Of a stretch of 64,000 nt of DNA, positions 24,303 to 37,800 are shown piece by piece. A model generated the notes under the pieces. That model made no database searches, was not told where the DNA came from, and was given only the letters and a program-made list of their open reading frames with translations. The stretch is taken from assembly GCA_973851085.1 (NCBI GenBank), contig OZ316775.1, forward strand, positions 12,028,001 to 12,092,000, read 5' to 3'. Positions within the stretch are counted from its first letter, which is position 1. Each line of letters opens with the position of its first letter. Source of the DNA: Ptychomitrium polyphyllum (taxonomy: Eukaryota). A program made the translations under genes and the position numbers.

Positions 24303-27086
24303 ATGGAGGACTCACCTATTGAGGACTTGCCCGAAAAGAGTAGCTGGCCTATTTATCTTTACATTCCCAATCTCATAGGTAAGTAGTTTTCAACATCCTC
24401 TGAGGACCCCTGATCCTGTATTGCTTCATGTTTGATTTTTGAACATAACACCGGTTATTACTTAGTTGGGATTAATCTGGTGGACACGGATATGTCGACC
24501 AGGATATGCAAGGATTATCGCCAACGGTGCAGCTTTTGGAGTAGCTTTTACAAACAAGGAATTGTTTGCTATTCTTTACTTTGCCAGGTACATTTTGAAT
24601 GTCCGATTAAATTGATCTATTCTTGGTTCGTGAATCAACAGTTGGATAGTCCTTTCATATTCATGTCCGATTTGTGCGAAGTCTGACACAATAGCATCAC
24701 AACAAGCTGAGATAGTTTTCATCCCAAAAAGCTTCATTATGATTGTCATGCGGAAGGAAGAACCAGGAAGAGCGTATTAGCATGAAAATGTCTACTTTCA
24801 AATTCCTGCATCAGTGATCACAGTTAGGGAGGCAGATTGTAGCCTGTGTACATAGTACATGTATGAAAATAGTGCAGAAAAGTTGGATGCAAACTTCAGA
24901 CAGTCTAGGATCTTCGAAGTGTGTGTAATTATCTTCTGAGCAGTGCTTAATCTGACGGTGTGTTCCTGCAGCTTTGTATGTGATGAACTTGATGGCCGGT
25001 TTGCTCGTATGTTCAACCAGAGTATGTACTTCTGAGCCAAATATCTTCAATGATGGTGTTATCTGTTTTTCTATTGACCTGCCAAACCAAGTTTTTGGCC
25101 GTTGTTGAGTTTTCATCCTCAATTTAATTTGCTGTGTTGTGATTCTTAATGCAGTTCTTTATTTGGTTCAACTAGTTTGCTTTGGCATCGTATATTTCCA
25201 GATAGATTATTAGAATCATTCCCCAAATGCACCGCAACAGGTTTTGTCTTTAGTAAGTGATTATACTTGCATGTTAGAGGATGTAGGAATGTGGTGTTAC
25301 CGGTGCTCATCCTTCTGAGACTCGTCTGTTGCTTGCCTCTTTGCAGAGTCCACGTTTGGAGCAGTTTTAGACATGGTGACTGACAGGTAATGGTCTTTCC
25401 TGGATTAACCGTATTTTCATGGTTGTTGATTTTGATGATTTTGGAGAAAGGTTACAATATTCAGGGTGTGTCTGCAATATTTCGGATCCTTGGTCTGGAG
25501 TTGTTTAGCTCAAAAGTTATTGTGGTATGCTGTAATGATCGTGAGACAAAAAACAAAAATAAAAATTCTTCTGACTTTCTTGATCCTCATTTCCTATTTG
25601 TGTAGGGTTAGCACTGCTGCTCTCTTGGTACTTCTCACCCACTTTTACAAGTAAGTCTTCCCCATCAATGCTCACCTAGCTGCCCTGTTCAAGCATTTTA
25701 GTGCTAGTTACTGTCCGATCGAATAATATCGTATTGCTTTTGAAGGTTCTATTGGGATCCTTCTAACCTGAAGTCATCCAAAGATACTGTATCGGCTCTG
25801 CTGCTCATGAGTGAACAATAGTGGATACTGGATAGATGAATATTAGATTTTAGAAGTCCACCTTTTGAAGTATTTGTATTAATCTCAACTGGTTGGTGAA
25901 AATTATCTTATAGACATTATAGATGATATTGCACCTGCTGACTCTTGGTTGTGTTTACATGATTGAGTAGGTCCCATTATGGACTATTTCTCGGGCTTCT
26001 TGCTCTTGACATATCCAGCCATTGGCTTCAGATGTACAGGTATGCTTATATTTGAATCTGGATACTTTAACTATGATGTTATTATGAATTTAGCCATTGT
26101 GATCTTAAATAAGTTATAAACCAGAGATTGATGATACAAGATTTTCATTTTATTCCATTTTGCAGTACTTTCTTGTCGAGCAAGGCAAGTCACAAGGACA
26201 TGGGTGACAGCAAGAGCACATTGCTTCGTCTTTACTATCAACATCGCTACTTCATGGGATACTGCGCCATCGGGGCTGAGGTATAGAGTTAGCAGCTTTG
26301 CAGCTTTTTTGTTTCGAGTGTGAGAAAATGATGAATGGTTGCTGTTTCAATGTTACAACCCATTCTGGTAAGCTGAAAAAGAACGAGACTGACCAGAGTT
26401 TGTTTTGATTTGATTTGTTTTGTTTTTGGAGCAGGTTGCTTATATACTTCTCTACATGCTCGCTGCTGAGGGAAACATCGGAAGTCCTTACGAGGTGCTC
26501 CTCTCACCTCTTATTGTATTGTGCTGTGTGGACGTTGTGCTTCTCTCCTCTCTGGGTCACTAAAGGTTGGTCACAGATTTGGAACATAATAACTCATGGA
26601 GGGCTTATGTCTCTTACCTTGCAGGTTACAATACATGCTGTCACCAATGGAACAGTCTATGGAATTCTATTAGTAATTGCTTTACCTGGCTGTGCTATCA
26701 AACAACTTGTGAATCTTGTCCAGGTACAACCACTTTCTCATTTTCTTATACTTTTTTACTGGCATTAAATTTTCTGGCTGTGGTTGACAACAATTTGTAC
26801 CAGAAATATACAAGATCTGACATACAAAACTGCAATATGCTTATATTTCGAACTTAGTGACAGTCATCTAGTGAGTTCTGTGTTGACGTTTTAGCAAGCA
26901 CAACTTATACCTGACAACATCTCTAGTAATGTCGTCTAAATCTTGTTAAAATTGTATGGCCTATAATCTAATCCTGATCTTGGCGTATCGAACTCTGAAG
27001 TCCTCCGCTGATTGATACAGATGAAGACGGCAGCAGATGTGTGTGTAAACTACGACATTCAGCGGAGTAGTTCCAAGAGTCAGTAG
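24303..27086 (+). CDS. PIS1: CDP-diacylglycerol--inositol 3-phosphatidyltransferase (phosphatidylinositol synthase), ~234 aa
   Basis: Missed by the ORF track because the exons are small: 24303-24378, 24503-24587, 24972-25021, 25347-25386, 25606-25650, 25971-26039, 26166-26280, 26435-26494, 26625-26723, 27021-27086 (705 nt, in frame). Spliced protein contains IYLYIPNLIGYAR, the CDP-alcohol phosphotransferase motif CDELDGRFARMFNQKSTFGAVLDMVTD, LDISSHWLQMYS, SHKD and KQLVNLVQMKTAA. Confidence 0.95.
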
Positions 27087-29193
27087 TGCACTCTATAAAA
27101 GGATACTAGCAGTTTTGGTTTTTTGCATAGAGTAGCTTGTAGTTAAGTATTTGATTAAAGACTTCACAAGCAGATCATTTAGAATGTATCATACAGTTTT
27201 GAATGATTCTGACCTCTTTCAGGGAACTTCCAGGAACTTCCTCTTATGTAAATGCATCTTCTTGTTCAATCGTTTTATTGATTGGCAAATTTCAAGTAGC
27301 GTAATTGTTATGATTTGAAATTTTCTGCAGGATATAATCTATTTAGAATACGCTTTTGGACATTATATCACAATCTAGCTGCTTTCAAAACTTTTAGAAT
27401 ATCAAGTCATTAGAGTTGCAGGCAGTTCGATGTAATTTGAACTGATTTGCTGATCTTCGATTTCAAAATACCTGTTGCACCTTATTTTACTTTACAGCTT
27501 ATTTCTTTTAAACTTTTAATGCATCCTTGAATTGAATGATAATCTGTCTGCCTATCTATCTTCTTAGAAAACAATCAATTCAGATTACGTGATAAGTTAG
27601 CGTTATTGTTTGAGATTGTTACGCTACTACATGTTAGGTTCCATTGACCTCTTGTTAGACCTCCTATAGACTCCTGTTAAATCTCATTTCCAAGAGCCCG
27701 TGTTATATGCATTTTCCTTTTTATAGTTTTGTTCTCACATAACAGTTGTTAACAGGTGGAGCAACTCACCTTCATCTTGGAAAGTGAGAAACTGATGATA
27801 AATGAAAGTGAAGTCATGTGTCTAATTTGAAGACCAGACCTCTTCTTTGAAGAAAACTACTAAAGTTCCTCACCACTTGAAACAGCAAAAAAATTTAAAG
27901 TTAGCGTAGTCATGCAGAGAGACACACTAAGCTTTGTTGAAATTCCATAATCAGGAACAGGAACAGGAACGAGAACAGGTAACCATCTAGAGAAGTTACA
28001 GAAGGTGAGTGTTTCTCTGAAATCCTATGCTACGTCGTCGTGATGAACTTTACTCTTTTTCTTTGTCAATACAAAGGGAAACTAGGGAGCCTCATAATTG
28101 TTGTGGACTTCTTATGATTTCAGGGGGAAAGGAAGAGTGGGACCATGAACTCACTCATAGAGCTTGCTCTTTCACTTTCCACTTATTGTATGGGGAATGC
28201 TCCCAGCATATTCCAGTGTCAATTCTCTGTCCAAGTCCATATGCAAACTGCTACAATCAAACAGTCACTAACCTAAACGCTTCTTACTATTTAATTTTAA
28301 TTTTGATGTTGAACGGTTCAAAATACTAGCTCTTTCGATAAAAATGTTTAATCTCAAGGTATTACTAAACCCTCCTGGAGTCATAGCGATATCTCTTTCC
28401 CGGAATTCTAGGCCTCTCTCAAAGGGAAAGCTCATGTTAAGCATCTAAAAACGTGCAAAACTAGATGAGTGGTAAATTCAGCTCCACCAATCAACATGCA
28501 TCTGGAACGAGCATTTAATGGACCAAAATTATTTGAAGAAACGCTGGCAGCCAGGTAAGCCGAGATACGGAATAACAAATTACCCCATCAAAATTAGAAT
28601 TACATTAACTATTTATTTCCAGCCTTTCCCAGACTTAGGGGGCAAAGAACAGTCACGGGAACAAGACGAGAACATCAGAGGAACTCTTCTACACGGACCT
28701 ACCAAAGACTCTCTTACGAACGCCTCTTGGGAACAGCTGAGGAACGCAAGGGGAGCTTCGTCTTCTACACACAAGGAGCCCAGAACAGGTTCGTGGCGTC
28801 GTATTCACGCTCGTTTCAGCGGATGAGCGCCTGAGTATCAGTGGGTGTCTAGCGGGTATTACAGAAGTATAACATGAGTATAACCTGAGTATATCCTGGA
28901 TCTCAAATAATAAGTAAATACTGTGAACTGGCCCGGCTTCTTGTGCACGGGCCCAGCCAGACCTCCCTTATTGAGCGCAGTTGCAAACTCCCGGAGATAC
29001 TGGCACTTGCCGATTAGCGTTTCAGAGGCGACCTCTGCAATTGGCTTCACTGTGAGCACCTGGCCTATGTCGTGCTGATTGCAACGAGCTCTGGAGCACA
29101 GGGAGAGGTGAAGAATTGAGTGAAAACAAGGGGCGTACCTTGGTGCTGTAGGTGTTCGCTCAGGTTGGAGAGAATTGACAGTAACGCGCTACG

Positions 29194-29499
29194 ATGGCGG
29201 CCATTGCGGCCGATAGTGTGAGTGAGAAGCGGTGGGGAAGAGTTGTGAGCTTTAATCTCTCTTCGGGAGCAGGAGTTCTTGAAAAGGCGCGCAAGGCAGC
29301 CACAAGCACGGTGCAGGTCAGCCAGAAGATGCTGTGGAGCACGGGGAAGGCGGCTTGGATCGCCGGGACGTCGTTCTTGATTCTTGTAGCGCCGCTTATC
29401 ATTCAAATGGAAAAAGAAGCCCAGGTAGTCGATCTTGAAGAGGGAGACTCGTTAGTAGCGTCAACGCCCCTCATGCCTGAATCGCCGTCCGTCAAGTAA
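29194..29499 (+). CDS. TOM9: Mitochondrial import receptor subunit TOM9 (plant TOM22), 101 aa
   Basis: Conserved ...STGKAAWIAGTSFLILVAPLII.ME.E transmembrane signature and the short cytosolic domain typical of plant TOM22. Confidence 0.88.
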   Translation: MAAIAADSVSEKRWGRVVSFNLSSGAGVLEKARKAATSTVQVSQKMLWSTGKAAWIAGTSFLILVAPLIIQMEKEAQVVDLEEGDSLVASTPLMPESPSVK

Positions 29500-32400
29500 A
29501 GATCTAGAATTTCACATACTACTCCCTTTCCATCGTCTTCTCACATTCTTGACGACTTGATTGTTGTGAAGAACAAGGTTGCAAGAAGCTATCTGCATTA
29601 TGGTTGGACGTACGGTTTGCTTCGCCATACCTGACTCTGCCATGGCAATCGACTTTGCTGCAAGCAGTGTACTATAGGCTGCTTTTATTCTTACGCTTGT
29701 ACATGATGACCTATGTTGTTTGATCAACTCGTTCTGCTTTTTAGAACTCTAGTTTAAGAGCTTTGACAGGCAGTCTGTTTACCGAGCAGAGGTGCCACTT
29801 AAAAGGGCAGCTCTCCATTGAATAACTATGGCCTCTGATTCCTTGTGGCCTCATTGAATCTGTGAGCGCTCATGAGCGTACTGATGTAATCTCGGTTCGT
29901 TGGAATATGAATGAATATACTCTGTCCCTGCATGGCGCCTGGCAAACAACAATGGCATTCATGTGACTGAGGAAATGGAAACAATCATTCATCTTTTAGC
30001 CGACCTTCCTCTCTTAAGAGAAGGCTATCTGTACATGTTCCACCTTCTTTGGATGTTGCTGATCGTTTTGTAGCTCTGGTGCTCCTGCGAATTAGTTGCA
30101 TAGTATTTGCAACTTAAGTAATATTGCAAATACGTGGAACGGTTTTCTCTAACGTTTGGATTTAGTAAGCAAGGTGGACTTTAGTTGCAGAGTACGACAG
30201 TAAACAAACTGCCCTCTGCTGGCAAAATAGGGAGTCATTTGTGGGCGGTGAATCGACAGAAGTGTTTCAAAATTTTCCTTCATTATCGACTACTATCAAC
30301 TACGTGAGGCAATTGGTAAGCTTGCTGTCATCAACTTCCAAGTTGATTTTGAAACAAGTGTACTTGAAGAAGTAACTCATTTCCTTGACAAGTATAGTTG
30401 TTAGCAGATTCATGTTATGAACCGTTTGACTACCGGTATTCCAGACACATAAAATGTCAATATCTTGGGACAAAACAGCTCAGTACAAATGGACTATTTG
30501 TTCAGATTTTAGGTATAAGCTGAAGTTCACTCCTTACCTGGTCCAAGGCGCATAACATTCTTTAACATCCTCATAAGAGTATCAGCATTTACTAAATGTT
30601 ACTTGTGCACAAACCTTAGCAACACTGTATGAGCTTCAACGGTGTCACAAGAAAGGAACCTCATCCTTAGAAAATTGAATGTAATTAAATGCATGTAATT
30701 AAATACAATCCCCCCTTTACATGAAAAAGAAAGGTGAGCAAGGTGGCAACTTGTAAACAATTGACAACATTCCCAATCCTTTGAAGTTTTTCATGTCTAT
30801 AAAAAGATGAAGTTTTACAAGGGTTACAAATGGTGATGATTGCTTACAACTTGTCACTTTACTCATCTTTCTTCTTCCAAAGTAGAAGGAAATAAATTCA
30901 ATTATATGTAACATTTTCATTATAAAAATTTATCACTCATCAGCTATTGAAAATGACAATGTTTTTGATGTGACACTTATTCATCATGTTTTTTCATTCT
31001 TATAATGCATAGTTTAAACAAAAATATAATATGAACTTCCAATAGCAAATGCTCTTAATTTTGGTTATAATTTTATTTTTTATTTTTTTAATGTCATCAA
31101 TTAATTTTTTATTCACTAAGGTACAAGCTCATTTAGACAGATAATGTAATGTGCATTTTATATATTTGTCTAATTGTACATGCTTTTAGAAATCATTGTG
31201 TAGTGTCATTATAAAATACTATCTACTATTGCTTATTTTTTAGCAATGCATGAAACAAACTTATAAATTAAAAATTAAAATATTTCAAAACTTACTCTTT
31301 AGATTTAAAATTGCTTTGCATTAAAATTATTTGTAAAAGCATCTTTTAAACTTCTAAAAGTAAATTAATAATCTAAGATGAATATATTGAAATATACTTA
31401 TCAATGAAGTGGATGAAACTTTATGTAATTGAAGTATGTGCTTCAATCATAAACATGACAAAAGATATTACATCAATAATGAGATTTTATTTTTAAAACT
31501 AGTGAAATATCATATACCTTTATTGGTTTCCTCTCAATGCTCTAACGCTCGCACTGAATATCGACCGAACTGTCTTACGACATTCTCACAACATTTTCCT
31601 TATGTTGTAAATAAAAATTTTATAGCAACATTGCTCAAATCTTCAAATTCATACTGAAATATTTATTTCTTTTTTAACTTTCTTTTAAATTACAAAAAAA
31701 CAAAACAAACCCAAATATACATGCAAGACCTTAACATAAGCATAATTATATGTGAAATTGTTGTTCATTGGAATGTAAGCTATAACTAGTACTATTTGTC
31801 ATAAAAGTGGTGTAAAAGTTATAACAGTGAGCACATAATTGCATGCTAAAAATGGGATAAAATTGCACTTGGATATAAACTTGATGGACGGTGGTATTTC
31901 AGTATGAAGAAGGTTGTAGAATGCATTTATTTAATAATGATTAATTCTCATTAATTAAACAATTATTGAAATGATCTAATGGTAATTTTTTGCCTTTTTG
32001 CAAAAATATCAGTATAATTTTATTATGAATATGAATTATTTTTTAAAAAACATCTTTTTGCTGTATTGATTTTCAAATTTATTTCCTATGAGCTAAATAA
32101 CTTTTGGAATTTATACAATACTTGCAAACCACACGAATATTTATTGTATCAGTAATAGATAGTAATGTAACAATATTCTTCATAAACATGCTAAAACACA
32201 TCTAGAAATGAATGATTTATAAATTCAAAACTTAACAAGAAATAAATGAAAGGTTGTTATTCAGTTTATTAACTAAAATTATCTATAAATGGATTTTTTG
32301 GAGCTTCAGGCTTTAAAGATGTCATATTGAATGTAATTTTGAATGTATTTTAGAAGTGCATAAATGTATTAACTTTGTAAATATGTGTTTTATTTTTCAT

Positions 32401-33996
32401 TAAGCATGAGGATGGTAATTTACACCACTTTGAATAGTTCTTTTTGGTTCATTAATTAGCTTAGGAAATTATACTATACACCTTTATTATTTCTAAGATT
32501 TGATATCTAACTTAATATTTTTGTGATTATCCAATAAAAAAAAAATTGTTGTATAAAAGATATTAAAAAGAAACCAAAATTGAATGATTTTATTGAGCCA
32601 AGTGCAAAGAAAATCATAAATCTTAGTATTAATCATTTGAATTGAAATTTTATAAATTGAAATTTACAAGAAGTCAAATATACATTGGTATTTTTTTAAA
32701 CTTCTTTCATTGCAATTTTTTTTTGACATGTTATATTCTTATCATACTTCTAAAATTTAGTAGTCAAGTTTCTGAAATGGTTGTTTTTTCATAGGACAAA
32801 CAGTTTATTACAATAAGAGTTAAAGTCTATTATTCATATAAAACAAGATGCAAAAAAAAATAGAATAATTGCTTCAAATACTATAATCTTTCTTTTTGTA
32901 CAATTAACTTTTTTTAAATTAATCTATTAGTTTAGTTGAAGATTCTACATTCAAAGATAGAAAAAAATTATTTTTAAATTTTGATCATGCTATTTTGAAC
33001 AAAAATGACTATTTTGTAAAATACAATAGGAAAACTGTAGGAATTAATTCAACGTTATTCATTATAGATATTTTTACAATTCATTTAAGAATTTTATAAG
33101 AAATGAGTTGTTTTATATTCATTACATAGTTTCATAGATAATTTGTTCATATTAGTAATTAAAGCTATTTTAACATAAATATTGAATTCAAATGTATGAA
33201 TATCATCTAAAAGTCACCATCTACAAAAAATTTATTTATATATCACATAAGAAAATGGATTTATGACATGTTTTTTGCAAAATTTTCATAATTATTTGAA
33301 AATAGATTATAATGAGCATAAACTTCAAAATTTGTCTCAAAATACACATTTTATCTTCAAACAAGTTAAAACATGATTTTTTTAAATTTGTCTTTCCATT
33401 TCTCAAAGGAAAATGAAAATTCAAAAGAATAGTTAAAATAAAATTACCAAAGTGCCTCAAAAAATTAAAAGAATGCATATAATTTTCCAAATACTTAAGC
33501 GTCAGTAGAATTAGCAACGTAGTGGATCTTGAACTACCTTTTAAATCACCAATAGATGTCATGAGTCTTTGATTATTCATATAATAAATGTCCTGATTCC
33601 TCATGGATTAGAAAACTAAATCACACTTAAATCTTTGATGGATCCAGTTCTCATTATGATTCAGAAATAGGCAGTCCTCACCATTTTTCTAGAATGCAAT
33701 AGACCACCTCTGTAATTGATGGACCTCATAGAGTCTACATCCAAAATGACTCCCAGCATGAGGAATCAGTGAGCATTCTCTTTTACAAACCTCCTCACTT
33801 ACAAGCCTCCACTTCTTAAGTGTAACTATTTGCAAACACACGCCAACAATAAGGTAGAGGTACCCATTATCAACACCCACCCGCAATATCCACATCTACC
33901 AAATCTAAAGAAAATGTACGTCTTCATTTCGGAAATACTAAAACACAAATACAAGAGCCTTGTAGCCATAATGGGTGCCTACTCTTTCAAACTAGT

Positions 33997-34890
33997 TTAA
34001 TTTACAACAAGCTTCTCAGATGGTGTGTTGGTACTGTTCAGTACAAAAATGACCACACCTTCAGTGGCGGTTACCGAGTTAAGATAACTCCTTAATCCTT
34101 CTTCGCCATTCACAAAACTAACCGGTGCAGCATTATCACTGTCTAGATTATACCATATGCCTTGCACCTTACGAATCGCAACCCAGTGCCGACTCTGCCA
34201 CAAGCCCAGCCATTTCTTTGTTGAAAAGTTTACTATCATCCCCAATAATTTGACACCATATCCACCAACTTCTGAAAGTAAGTCCTCGATTCCTTTACGG
34301 CGATCAAACCACACAACCTCTTTTCCTCTAGAATTGAGTGCAGAAATCATCACGTTTGCATCATAGTTCCCTGTAAAGGCGTTTCTGTGTGGTTTGAATA
34401 TCAAGGAGAGAGGGTTTGGGATACTAGATCCTGTAATAGCAGTAGCCAAGCCATCAGCAATTGAGTCGAGCTCGTCTCTGGAAAAACAATTCTCGCCCTG
34501 CACTAAACAAGGGACAGTAAGCAAGGAGACAAAAAGGAGGCATTTGACCGCAAATAGAATATAGAAAGACTCAGCCTATGCACTTTGCGTCGAGAACAAC
34601 CTCCCGGCAAGCTAAAATGCCTGAAATCATGAGCTCCTCATCAAAAAGTAAAAACATTGATATTGCAAGGCCCTTAATCATTCTTGAAACTCATTGTTAC
34701 ATAAACTTTTGCAGGGATGTGCACCTTAGTAACTGATCATATTTTAAGAATCAGAGCAAAAAGAGGGAAAAGAGGCAAAAGAAAGGATCGAGACCTGGAG
34801 AAGATTATTGAGGCAGTGCAGCAAGCAGAACTGAAAGTGCTGTTTCTCGTGGTACAACTTCTCACTAATTCCTTCTGTAGCTACTGCCAT
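33997..34890 (-). CDS. Josephin-domain deubiquitinase (JOSD/ataxin-3 family), ~198 aa
   Basis: Exons 34890-34795 (MAVATEGISEKLYHEKQHFQFCLLHCLNNLLQ) and 34497-33997. Catalytic triad motifs: Cys (QFCLLH), His (RHWVAIR), Asp (WYNLDS). Also GNYDANV. No UIM/polyQ tail. Confidence 0.93.
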
Positions 34891-37800
34891 TCTTCAGATC
34901 TCGGAGATTTAGGTCAGAATTTCACACAACGGTGTTCTTTGGTTCAGATGCTCGTCAAGATTCTTCTTTGACATACTGCTCCAGCAATCTGCAACCACGA
35001 CATACGTATAGTATGAGCAGCATCGATTTGCCTCAGAAAATTCGGGTCCTCGATTGGTATCCAATGTTTGGCAAACACCATAAGCACTATCGAGGAAGGC
35101 TTTTGGAGAAGGGAAAGCCTAAAAGGCAGGGTCTCCGACCAAAAGACTTCACTTACGTGAAGCCTGAGAAAGGCAAGAGCGTTTGTAATCCTCTTGTGAG
35201 GGACAGATCCTCAGTTTCCATTTCTTTAGGGGAAAACATCCTTCCAGGCTTTACAAACATCAGAAGATATTGGTGCTGGCACTATAAGAAAAACTATATC
35301 ATGAAAAGTACAACGGTCTCAATAATAATCAGACAAGATTTCAAATCTCAACACTCCGCTTCGGATACATTAAATTGCCATCACGAATATAGGAGTTATT
35401 CCCACCCTAACATCAATCGGTTTCGGCCAGTATATCGAATATCAAACATCAAAGTCCAGCTTGACTTGACCGAGAATTTGCACTCCTGAGCCTTGCCTTG
35501 CCATGGGTACCATTCAACAGTTGCTAAACAACTGCCTACTTGAAATTGCGAGCAGGAACGCTACATACAAGCTGAGCTTCAAAAGTTGAAATAATTGCAC
35601 CAAGAGAAACTAAACCCTAAACCAACCCTTTTATCAATAATCAACACATACGAAGGAACATAGAACTTCAATGCCAACACAAAGCAGTGACAACCCCTCA
35701 AAGTCCTCGATATACCTCCTACCGCACCCATAAGAATGTAACAACCCCACTTGCCAGACATCAACCATACGCAACTCTGCTCCTACTTCATACTCACATG
35801 AAGTGAAAAACAACCTCCGCACAGGAAACCTCACCTCCAAAGAAACTAAACTCAGAAATTAGGGTTAGCAACACTGCACAGTATGTAACATACCTGCTGA
35901 CCACTCTTCTCCTCATCCCCATGACACTGAAATCCCAGCTTGTGGATGCATGCTTATCTCCATATCTCCAACACCATCGCCGTTGCCCATGTACTCAACA
36001 TCATCTCTCCCGTTGAAGAGAAAAGTATGCATCCTCCAAAGATGTCTGATCTTTCCTCATCTCCACAAACATACACGTTGAGCAATACAGACACCTGTAT
36101 TGCAAAGTAGATTGACCCATGTGGGAACCCAGCAGCACCTCATGAGTACTCCATCTTTTGATTGGTCATGGGGCTCTAGCATGAGAGGCAATTCCAAAGC
36201 CATGACCACTGGTTGGTCAAAAATCTCTAGAATAAAGTGGGTGGCTGGTGGATAGCACTAACATTCATTCTTGGGAGTGGAATGAAGGATTCTCAATTAT
36301 GAGCATTTGTAACTTTCTCATGTAATGTTCAATAATAGGTTTTAACGTGCGTTCAAATTCTTTTCTTCTTATGGCCATGATTTCATATAACATTAATAAA
36401 CAATTGAATGAATGAAATTGTGCTATTAGAATTAATCATTTTCAATTGCCTTAAAGTAAGAATAGCGGATGTTATTGTTTTGTACATGACCTATTCCACC
36501 TATTAAAGAATATTACCAAAATCTTCCTTCTCCATTATATTTTAGAGCTAAGTGAATTAGAAGATTTTTATGGAATGTTCTTAATTTTTAGTCTTTTGCC
36601 ATCCACTAATCTAGTCACATATCTTACTACATATTACTACATATTAAGTTTATTTTAGTAATTGTAAGCAATATTGTGGTTTTTTTTCTAAATAGTGTAA
36701 ATAATATTACATGGTATTGTTTTAAAATATTCAAAATAAATATTAGCATATTCAAAAACAATATGCAAAATATTTGCAAGGAATTACAAAAAGGCATAGG
36801 AATCTACATGCCTATGGAATTAGAATGTTATGTAATGTTGTTCATCCATTTTTTCTATACAAATGTCATGAAATACATGAAATGAAAACACTTGTCTATG
36901 ATATAATAGAAATAATGCTTAAAATGTCAATTTTTCATAAATAGTAGGCCTTATCTATGAAGCACATGTGAATTTCAATTAAACATCAATCCACTATTTT
37001 ATACAAAGATGCTTTTATAATCCTTTAGAAAAATTATAGTTGTTTTCTTGATTCCATTTGATTCCAAAACCAAACGCCAACTCTCATTCTTTTGTTTTTA
37101 GGCTTACAAAAAAATGTTGCCTTTGATAACAATTATTAATAATTCTTTCTATTAATTGAAATCAATTTTTGCCAAAGAGTCTAATCCATTGCAAATGAAC
37201 ACCTTTAACATCAAAAATTAAGTATTTTGAAATCATTTTGGCCAACTTTCATTTTTAATCATTTAAAATAAAAGAAGAAAAAATATATATCAAATACTTT
37301 AATTGGATTGAAAATGTATTGTTTTAGATGAAAATAGCTTCTATTAATATTTTGGCTACGTAATGGATGAAAGCATTACAAATGCTATGCTTACTACCAA
37401 AGCCAAATGGAGGAAAAAATATATATATTGTTGAATGGTTTTATGAGTAAAAATCTTCATATTTATCAAATGCAACAACTATTAAAAAAAAAAGGAGTCT
37501 AAAAGGAAAAAAGAAAAATAACATATCTTAAATTGCTAATCATAAGTTTGATGTGGATAATGACATTCATTAATTATTTGCAAGGTGGCATGATTTCTAA
37601 GATGGAATACTGTAGATAGCCTATTTTTCCTAACATAGATAATATTTTCTTTCCTAGTAACTGTTTACAGCACCCTCTATTGATACAAGGTATCATCATC
37701 TGAAAAAGAAACTATTCATTTCACCTGAATTCTACATAACAGTAATGTGATAAAATCTAAGACTAAGATGGCATAGATTCTATCAAATTATTGTTGGTGC

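Noticed and set aside
34932..35489. 185-aa plus-strand ORF
   Set aside because: Non-ATG start, no recognisable domain, and antisense to the probable 5'UTR/intron of the Josephin gene.
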